A stretch of DNA of 64,000 nt from Myxococcota bacterium (GTDB taxonomy: Bacteria > Myxococcota_A > SURF-8 > G963663525): contig CAXXVK010000072.1 in assembly GCA_963676915.2 (NCBI GenBank), positions 128,001 to 192,000 of the forward strand, read 5' to 3'. The position numbers were made by a program, and so were the translations under genes. Position 1 is the first letter of the stretch, and the number at the start of each line of letters is the position of its first letter. Below the pieces are notes generated by a model. The model was not told the DNA's origin and did not search any database. It saw nothing but the letters and a program-made list of their open reading frames with translations. Positions 56,891 through 64,000 of the stretch are shown here, piece by piece.

Positions 56891-58174
56891 ATGGTTCGTA
56901 TGCCGTCACAGATTCTGATCGCTTGTCTTCTCGTGATGGGTGGATCTTTGAACGCCTTTTCTCAGGGAGAGAATGCAAACGGCGATTCTTTTGAAAACGC
57001 TTCCATCACGGAAAGCGAAGCCATACAAAAAAGTCTCGAAAAAAGTCGTGGATTGCGAAAAATCCAAAGCGAAGTAGCTGCCCAGAGCAAAATCTCTGCC
57101 TCTGCCAGATACGATGTAAAAAACCCGGAACTCCGCTTGCGGGACATTTCCACGAAATATTTCGATAAAGACGAAGACAACAAGCAATTCCAATTCGGGC
57201 TTCGCTGGAAACCTCCGCAGATCGGCGAGTTGGGAACGAAACAGCGCAAAGAACGCGTCAACTTGTGGGAAAAGAAAACGAAAGCATGGGAAGCCCGTCA
57301 GGCTCTGATTGCTGATGTCAGGGAAGTTTACGCTACGCTTGGTATGCTTCAATCGTACTCCGGTCTTACCCAACAACAAGCAGAGTTGCATAGACAATTG
57401 TTTCTCGTGGTCGAAAAACTCGGAGAGCTTGGACGAAGATCCCCGCTCGATCGCATCAAAGTGCGTCGAAAATATTTAAAAGCCAAAAAAGAGGCCGCCG
57501 GAACCGCACAGCGATACGAGGAGACGAAGCAGCAATTCTCGGCACTTACAGGAGAAGAAGAAGGCGTAACGGTTTTGTGGTCCGAACCGGAGGTACTTCC
57601 TATAGATGAAGCCATCATTCACGAACGAGCGGTTACCGCTCATCCTGCGGTAGAGTTGGCAAGGCAACGCAGCGAATTTTTCGCTTACCGGTACAAGGCG
57701 GAGCGATATAAGCTTATTCCCTGGTTTACCTTCGTCGATGTTTCCTACCAGTATGAAAGCAAAAAGAAGGATTCGGGAGAGCTGGTATTGGGCATCGAAT
57801 TGCCGCTTTTCAATTGGAATCTCGGCGAGTTGCGTGCCACCGAAATCGAGCGGAAGCAAGGGAAGCTCTCGTCTAGTCTGGCCATCGCTTCGATCGATCG
57901 CAAATTGAAAGAACGTTTGGCCGAATATGACAAAGCTGTGGCTGAATATCGATCCTTGAAAGAGGAAACGGACGGATCGCTTTCGCAATCGGAAAACATG
58001 GTCGCACAAGCGAAGCTACAGGAATTGCCGGAAGACGAAATTCTTGAGATGGAAATCTCGAATATCGAACTGCGAATGATGCTGTTGGAAGCAGGATTTC
58101 GAGTTAAAAAAGCTGCAATCGAACTCTGCCGAACGGCCGGAGTGGAAAACGACAGAGAATTGACTCGGGAATAG
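56891..58174 (+). CDS. TolC-family outer-membrane channel
   Basis: Signal peptide; two OEP-like repeats, 'ALIADVREVY', 'GIELPLFNWNLG'. Confidence 0.78.
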   Translation: MVRMPSQILIACLLVMGGSLNAFSQGENANGDSFENASITESEAIQKSLEKSRGLRKIQSEVAAQSKISASARYDVKNPELRLRDISTKYFDKDEDNKQFQFGLRWKPPQIGELGTKQRKERVNLWEKKTKAWEARQALIADVREVYATLGMLQSYSGLTQQQAELHRQLFLVVEKLGELGRRSPLDRIKVRRKYLKAKKEAAGTAQRYEETKQQFSALTGEEEGVTVLWSEPEVLPIDEAIIHERAVTAHPAVELARQRSEFFAYRYKAERYKLIPWFTFVDVSYQYESKKKDSGELVLGIELPLFNWNLGELRATEIERKQGKLSSSLAIASIDRKLKERLAEYDKAVAEYRSLKEETDGSLSQSENMVAQAKLQELPEDEILEMEISNIELRMMLLEAGFRVKKAAIELCRTAGVENDRELTRE

Positions 58175-58183
58175 GTGGTTGCC

Positions 58184-58963
58184 ATGTCTGCTGGAAAATC
58201 GATGGTTATCAGTCGGTACGAGAGCAAATACCTTGTTCCAGAGGCTAAAGCGCGTGCCATTCGTAACTTCATCATGGGTTTTTGCACCCCCGATAGTCAC
58301 GCCGACGCCAACGGTCGGTACGTCGTCAATAATTTCTACTTCGACACGCCCGACCTGCGGTTTTATTACGACACGAAGTACAAACAGTACAATCGTTTCA
58401 AGCTAAGAATGCGATATTACGGGGATATTCCTGAAGAACTTCTCTGGCTCGAAATCAAGCATAAGGTACAGAACGTAACATGGAAAACCCGAAGAAACTG
58501 TATGGTATCCGATTGGGATTCGATTTTCGAGTGCGAAGACTCTTTGGCGCAAAAATCGGAGAACGTCTCCCTGAGGGATTCTTTCGAAAATGCCGTCATC
58601 CGGTTCGGAGCCGAACCCAAGGTTCACGTTCGTTACGTACGTGAACCGTATATTTGCGATTTCGAAGAATATTGCCGAATCACGTTCGATCGTTGCCTTT
58701 CTTTCCGATCAACGGACGGGTCCATGAACCTCGTAAGCAACAAACCCTTCCTATATTATGATGATGTCGTAACCTCCGTTTTCGAGGACGACGATTCGCC
58801 GGTGATTCTCGAAATCAAAACCGAAAACCAGGTTCCCATATGGGTGATGGAACTGATTCGGACGTTCCAATTGCGGCGGCGCGGGTTTTCGAAATACTGT
58901 TACGCCATCGATAACAGCAAAGAAAGAGCCGGAGGAGGATTGCGGGTCAACGCATGTCTGTAA
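58184..58963 (+). CDS. VTC-domain polyphosphate polymerase (CYTH/TTM fold)
   Basis: 'RYESKY', 'YFDTPD', 'KLRMRYY', 'LEIKHK', 'RYVREPY', 'RITFD', 'ILEIK', 'FSKY'. Confidence 0.9.
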   Translation: MSAGKSMVISRYESKYLVPEAKARAIRNFIMGFCTPDSHADANGRYVVNNFYFDTPDLRFYYDTKYKQYNRFKLRMRYYGDIPEELLWLEIKHKVQNVTWKTRRNCMVSDWDSIFECEDSLAQKSENVSLRDSFENAVIRFGAEPKVHVRYVREPYICDFEEYCRITFDRCLSFRSTDGSMNLVSNKPFLYYDDVVTSVFEDDDSPVILEIKTENQVPIWVMELIRTFQLRRRGFSKYCYAIDNSKERAGGGLRVNACL

Positions 58964-58995
58964 TTCTTTTCAATATATGCTTTTGAAAAGAATTA
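58961..58995. terminator. AT-rich inverted repeat between convergent genes
   Basis: TAATTCTTTTCAA-N9-TTGAAAAGAATTA. Confidence 0.45.
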
Positions 58996-59059
58996 TGCCA
59001 TATTCAAGTGATTCGACGTCTTGTGACATCTCATGCTGTTGGATTCGTAGTGTTGTAAA

Positions 59060-60025
59060 TTACTCGAAACGTTTGACACGCCGATGGCAGTATGGTGCTT
59101 TTCCTGTTTTGAAATAGTAATCCTGATGATAACTTTCCGCTGTCCAGAAAGTTCCGGCCGGTTCGAGCTTCGTGGCGATGCTCAATCCTTTCTTTTTCAA
59201 TGTTTCCATCAGCTTTTCGGCGATTTCACGTTGTTTGTCTGAGGTATAGAACACTGCCGAGCGGTATTGTTCTCCGATATCCGGTCCTTGCCGATTGATT
59301 TGTGAAGGATCGTGGATTTCGAAAAACAGCTTGGCCAACGTCTCATAGGTCGTTTTTTGAGGATCGAATACGATTCGTACCGTTTCAGCGTGTCCTGTAG
59401 TTCCCGAACAGACCTGTTCATAACCGGGAGACTCCACGGTACCACCCATGTACCCCGATTCCGCTCGTTCGACACCGGGCAGGTTTTCGAAATGGTATTC
59501 TACTCCCCAAAAACATCCTCCTGCGAAAAAAGCTTCTTCAAATTGTGGTGGAGCTTTTTCCGGTTGGAAATTCAACGAAATGGAATTAACGCAGTGTCTC
59601 GTGTTTTTCGGAGTGAATCCCTCCCCGCGAAAGACGTGCCCCAAATGCGCCCCGCAGGTATTGCAAAGAATTTCGGTACGTTGGCCATCCGCGTCGAGTT
59701 CTTCGCGCACCGCTCCGGGAAGGGCTTCATCAAAGCTTGGCCATCCGCAATGTGCGTCGAATTTGTCCTCAGACCGAAACAGGGTCGCACCGCAGCGTTT
59801 GCAACGATATACGCCTTTTTCATGGTGGTCGGAATAGAGACCGGTGAAAGGTCGTTCCGTTCCTTTATGAACGATGACTGCTTCTTCTTCCGGGGTCAGT
59901 TTATTCCACGTCATGTCGTTGTACTCTTTTCCTTGTTCGGCAGGGCTATGTGTTGTCACCGCAAGAATGAAAACCAGGGCGAAAACCAGCGAAAATAGTA
60001 TCCACCGTATTTCGAATCGTCTCAT
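59060..60025 (-). CDS. msrAB: bifunctional methionine sulfoxide reductase MsrB-MsrA with signal peptide
   Basis: MsrB 'GTERPF', 'CGWPSF', 'HLGHVF', 'RHCVNS'; MsrA 'GGCFWG', 'GTTGHAE', 'AESYHQDY'. Confidence 0.95.
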   Translation of the reverse strand: MRRFEIRWILFSLVFALVFILAVTTHSPAEQGKEYNDMTWNKLTPEEEAVIVHKGTERPFTGLYSDHHEKGVYRCKRCGATLFRSEDKFDAHCGWPSFDEALPGAVREELDADGQRTEILCNTCGAHLGHVFRGEGFTPKNTRHCVNSISLNFQPEKAPPQFEEAFFAGGCFWGVEYHFENLPGVERAESGYMGGTVESPGYEQVCSGTTGHAETVRIVFDPQKTTYETLAKLFFEIHDPSQINRQGPDIGEQYRSAVFYTSDKQREIAEKLMETLKKKGLSIATKLEPAGTFWTAESYHQDYYFKTGKAPYCHRRVKRFE

Positions 60026-60219
60026 GATGCAATTACTATCAATTTCTCAATTAACAATAATTATAAAATAACAATGTTTTTGCTGAAATCAATGCTCTAT
60101 GTCTTGAATGAAGGTTTTTGAAAAAGCGAGACGATTTCCGAATTATGCGTGGAAGACAACACTGAATTGACACTCCTTTCTACAAGGTGTATAGAAGAGA
60201 AAAACGCAATGGAGAAACC

Positions 60220-60621
60220 ATGGAAAACACAGGAAGATTCAATCAGGCGATGAGGAACAATCGCGGGTATTCGATGATGCAATGGATGGTCTTCATCTTG
60301 ATCGGTGTGGTCCTCTATGCATCGTATATTGTGATTCCGGTGTATATGGCCGATTATCAACTTAAAAAAGGGTTGACTCGGATGGCGATGGACTTGGCCG
60401 GAGAAACGGATACCCATGATGTTTACAAGCGGATGTCTAAAAAGATTTTCGTGAAAATCGGTATCGATCTAACCGCTGAGCAGTTGAAAATCTCCCGAAA
60501 TGGAAACACGTTGATAGTGGATGTCGAATATGAGGCTCCTGTGGAGTTTCTTCTTTACGGACCGCATACGTTCAAATTCCGTCATCATGCGCAAGCTACT
60601 GCAACTCAGATGATAGAATGA
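60220..60621 (+). CDS. DUF4845-like (pilin-like) small membrane protein
   Basis: 'NRGYSMMQW' followed by a hydrophobic helix, 'IPVY', 'VDVEYEAPV'; RBS GGAG. Confidence 0.65.
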   Translation: MENTGRFNQAMRNNRGYSMMQWMVFILIGVVLYASYIVIPVYMADYQLKKGLTRMAMDLAGETDTHDVYKRMSKKIFVKIGIDLTAEQLKISRNGNTLIVDVEYEAPVEFLLYGPHTFKFRHHAQATATQMIE

Positions 60622-60683
60622 GTTTTCCTGAAGCATCTTTTCTTTTTAGCCGATTCTTTTTCTAAATCAACCAGCGGTATGAC

Positions 60684-61304
60684 ATGAGTTTACTTTCTTC
60701 GACGCCTTCGAATTCTCGTTGGCGTAATGGTTTTTGGGGGATAGCCCTTCTCATCGTAGTGAACTTTTGCATGGCTTGTGGAGGCGGATACACGCCCACC
60801 CCTCGACTCATCGAAAAAAGTATGAAAATCTCGAAAAGCTGCCAGCTTGATTTCAGATCCGAAACAGGGCAATGTCTGGCTTTGGAAGACGATCGTCTCG
60901 TAGAAGGGGAATGCCAACTCATTGACGAGGAATGTTCCGAGCGCTTTTTCATTACCAAGAAATCTGGACGGAGCCGCTTCGTTCTGGTCAACGCGCTTCG
61001 TCCTTGCTACTCGCAATGGCTGGTGGACAAATACACCGACGAGGATTCCGACTGGTACGAACATGGTGACTACCGGGTTGTGGAATTCAATCTGGGAACC
61101 CCGATAGAAAGCCCTAAATACTACGAGGAAGCGGTAATCCAGCTTCTATTTCAATCCCATTGGGATGCGTTGGAAAGTCCTTCGGGAGAGATGTGCTATT
61201 ACCGCGTGGAAACCAGTGTCAAAAACCTGATTGGCGGTTCGTATTCCCTCAAACTCTGGGATGAAGATCGCGAATTGATGCTGGAAACAACGTTCGATCA
61301 CTAA
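60684..61304 (+). CDS. hypothetical lipoprotein
   Basis: Hydrophobic stretch plus lipobox CMAC; 206-aa ORF co-directional with the upstream gene. Confidence 0.65.
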   Translation: MSLLSSTPSNSRWRNGFWGIALLIVVNFCMACGGGYTPTPRLIEKSMKISKSCQLDFRSETGQCLALEDDRLVEGECQLIDEECSERFFITKKSGRSRFVLVNALRPCYSQWLVDKYTDEDSDWYEHGDYRVVEFNLGTPIESPKYYEEAVIQLLFQSHWDALESPSGEMCYYRVETSVKNLIGGSYSLKLWDEDRELMLETTFDH

Positions 61305-61350
61305 ATTTCAAACGAAGCCTTTCATTTTCCTGCATTTTCAACACAAAGCA

Positions 61351-63747
61351 TCAGTTTCCATGTTGGTCTTCGACAACATCGGTCGAAGCGTTGATGATTG
61401 CCGCTGATCCTCTCAACCAGCGGATGTCGCAAACGTGCCAGCGGTGATGTTCGTCGGGGAAGGTGACCGACTCGGCATGCTCCTGGCTACCGTTGATGAA
61501 AATGCGTACCGTGGCGGTTGTAAGTCGGGCCGGGTCTTCGTCGTCCACACACGGGTGGTTGGGATTGTAACAGTCATCCCAGAAGTGCACGTACACGCCG
61601 AAATCGCCGATGTCTCCGGCATCATCCAGGTTGATGTTTTCCGGACCATAGCCATCCCGGTCGTCGATATCCAACGACGGTTTGCCGAAAACGAACCAAT
61701 CCACCGGATCTGGATTGTCCTCTGTCGGAACGCAGGTGGCGTAATAGCAATCATCGGGCAGGGAAGTGTTCCAGAGATCTCCATCGGGTCGTACAAGATG
61801 CAGATCCAGGTCGGTGTTGTTGGTGTCCCACGTCAATTGAATATGGATTTTTTCCTCTGGAACAGCCTGGAACATGACCTCGGAATATTCGGGATTGCAA
61901 CTCCAGGCAAGGTCGTCGTCCTGAACTCGCAGACGAAACACGAAATATCCTGCAAGATCGAAGAAAAACGTCGGACGGGCGTCGAGCAGTGTCAGTGGCT
62001 GGCTACGACTTCCCGGAGGACGGGTGACGACTTCCCAATGGTAGCGTGTAACTTCGCCATCCGGGTCGGAGCTTCCGGTAGCGTCGAGAATGATGGTGTC
62101 CAGGGGGGCAACCTGGTAGCCTTCACCTGCATCGGGAATGGGGCAGAGATTGAGACCGTCGCCGCTTAAAGGAATTTCCACCAGTGTTTCGTCCGGGTCG
62201 TTGGTGGAAAAACGTAACGTACCCAGGTCTTCGGTCTCATTTCTGGGAGAATAACCCACCGGTAACGTGACGGCCTGTCCCGGTCCAAGGCGACCTATCG
62301 GCGGTAAGTCAACGAAATAAAAAGCGTTTTCGTTACCCTGGTCGATGGTGATGGAGAAATTACGAAGCTCCAGCAGTCCTGCCCCAAGGTTGCGAATCCG
62401 CAGTTCCTTGATACTGGCGTTCGAACTCCAGCGCAGTTCCTCGGGTGTGACTTCCACGTCAGGAGGTACGGAACTGGCTGAAAACACGACGAAAACTTCC
62501 GGCTCGTCGGCGTCGTTTGTTGTCAAAACAATGGCGCCGTTATCGTCATCGAGGCTTTCTCCCGGTTCGAAACGTACCGAAAGATCGAGACTTTCGTTTT
62601 CTTGTAACGTGACGGATTCCGGGGGTGTTTCTTCCCATGTGAAGGACTCCGTCGTCAGGTCTTCGTCTAACGAAACGAGCATTTCCAGCGGCCAGCATCC
62701 GAGGTTTGTTACGGTGGTTGTGCGTACTTCGCTTTGTCCTGCAGGAACCGTGGAAAAGTCAAGTACGATAGGAACCACATCGATCTCCGGTTCGCAGACC
62801 GTCACCGTTACCGGGACAACGTACCGGCTGTTGGTTTCGTCGTTGCTTTGGATGATCAGATGGTCCGTATAGGTGCCCGGTCCCTCGGGAGTGAATCCAA
62901 GGTGAACCTCTTTCGTGCTGAATACAGGGATTTCCAAAGGATTGAGCTGGTTTATCGACTGCAACTCCAAGGGCAACTCGAAACCGCTGTTGCCGGGATT
63001 TTCTAGCTTGATCTGGAAAATCACCAATTCGCCTCCCCCCTGGTTTTCAAGGTCGAAAGGCAGCTCTACACCAATGGAGCGCAACGTGCCGAAATCCAGA
63101 GGATCGGGGGAAACGGCGAGAATCGGTTGTTGCTTCACCGCGCTGCGTAACTGCACGGTTGCTTTGGGCAAGATCGGGTCGTTGGTGGTGAGAATCCACT
63201 CGGCTTCCAGGTCATCTACACGGATTGGACGGAAAAAGACAGAAATCGTCCGTTCCTCGGAAGGTGAGAGGGTGATTGGTGTTTCCGCAAGGATTTCCAC
63301 GCCTTCTGCGCTTTCCGAAAGCTCCCATTCGGAAATTGTAAGGTCGGCTCCTCCGTAATTGGTAATCAACAGGTCGGCTGTAGCGGAACCTCCATGGTTT
63401 ACCGCGCCGAAATCCAACAGCGTCGGAGTCAGTACGATCCAGGGTGCGTCGGGGTCGCGCTCGATTACAGGTTCGGACTCGATAGCGTCATCATCGCCAT
63501 CGGGATAAGCATCGACGGGATAATACGGAACCGTCGCCGTACAAAGGCCATCCACGCAAAACAAATCGTCGCCGCAGTCCGGGTTTTTCCGGCACATCGG
63601 GCGGCAGCCCTTTTCGTCGTCACAGGGCCAACCTGCCGGACAATTCTGACAATCCACCGTTTGAGTGCTTGCGGAATCGTCAGAGCAACCGCTCGAAAGC
63701 AGTATCCAAACCCACACTATTGCCGTTATCCATAGATATCGTTTCAT
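61351..63747 (-). CDS. surface lipoprotein: about 4 ASH/choice-of-anchor-D Ig repeats, PKD-like domain, YfaP/DUF2135-like C-terminus
   Basis: Lipobox SSGC; repeats 'LDFG...I.N.G...L...TNDP'; 'LDATGSSDPDG'; 'QLTWD...DLDLH...LDIDDRDGYGPENI'. Confidence 0.85.
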   Translation of the reverse strand: MKRYLWITAIVWVWILLSSGCSDDSASTQTVDCQNCPAGWPCDDEKGCRPMCRKNPDCGDDLFCVDGLCTATVPYYPVDAYPDGDDDAIESEPVIERDPDAPWIVLTPTLLDFGAVNHGGSATADLLITNYGGADLTISEWELSESAEGVEILAETPITLSPSEERTISVFFRPIRVDDLEAEWILTTNDPILPKATVQLRSAVKQQPILAVSPDPLDFGTLRSIGVELPFDLENQGGGELVIFQIKLENPGNSGFELPLELQSINQLNPLEIPVFSTKEVHLGFTPEGPGTYTDHLIIQSNDETNSRYVVPVTVTVCEPEIDVVPIVLDFSTVPAGQSEVRTTTVTNLGCWPLEMLVSLDEDLTTESFTWEETPPESVTLQENESLDLSVRFEPGESLDDDNGAIVLTTNDADEPEVFVVFSASSVPPDVEVTPEELRWSSNASIKELRIRNLGAGLLELRNFSITIDQGNENAFYFVDLPPIGRLGPGQAVTLPVGYSPRNETEDLGTLRFSTNDPDETLVEIPLSGDGLNLCPIPDAGEGYQVAPLDTIILDATGSSDPDGEVTRYHWEVVTRPPGSRSQPLTLLDARPTFFFDLAGYFVFRLRVQDDDLAWSCNPEYSEVMFQAVPEEKIHIQLTWDTNNTDLDLHLVRPDGDLWNTSLPDDCYYATCVPTEDNPDPVDWFVFGKPSLDIDDRDGYGPENINLDDAGDIGDFGVYVHFWDDCYNPNHPCVDDEDPARLTTATVRIFINGSQEHAESVTFPDEHHRWHVCDIRWLRGSAAIINASTDVVEDQHGN

Positions 63748-64000
63748 TATTCGCTGGTTCCGATTGAAGTGATTCTTTCCGAGTCGAATCCGATTCGATC
63801 GGTAAAAACCACCCAAAGTTGTTTTCATCCACTCCGCGTCAAAAGAACAGTATACCGATTCCCGGCTTTTCGAGCAATTCCACAATGTAAAATTCGAAAA
63901 CCTGAAGATGGTCAACAAACCTCACCAAGAATTCTTCATAAGTTGTGCGGCGTAGCCGACTGCGGTACACTCCCCAAAATTTTCTAATGCCTTTAAATGA

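Overview
64 kb of bacterial chromosome with about 47 credible genes and no rRNA, tRNA, CRISPR array, integrase or transposase. The many Cys-rich, Asp/Glu-linker lipoproteins and ECF/FecR-TPR pairs suggest an uncultured Myxococcota/deltaproteobacterial lineage (inference). Main blocks: (1) a left-truncated PAS histidine kinase and small genes, with a candidate sigma54-driven CU-rich sRNA; (2) an ECF sigma / anti-sigma / beta-propeller lipoprotein unit; (3) a 203-bp MITE (16-bp TIRs, 9-bp target duplication) carrying a nested REP doublet; (4) secreted lipoproteins (LamG, IgGFc-binding, FGE-sulfatase, a degenerate PEP-synthase-like ATP-grasp protein, Ig-repeat protein); (5) an envelope-modification locus with a flippase-like fusion, GMC oxidoreductase, two SDRs, DUF6044 and galU; (6) an AT-richer stressosome island (rsbR1-rsbR2-rsbS-rsbT[frameshifted]-rsbX-like) wired to a two-component phosphorelay; (7) a five-gene unit encoding a DUF4353 beta-helix lipoprotein, DUF4956, a HlyD adaptor, a TolC channel and a VTC polyphosphate polymerase, with no ABC/RND/MFS pump. 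Block 7 is the best candidate for an undescribed system: synthesis-coupled polyphosphate (or other polyanion) export across both membranes. All family calls are from motif recognition by eye; no database searches were run.
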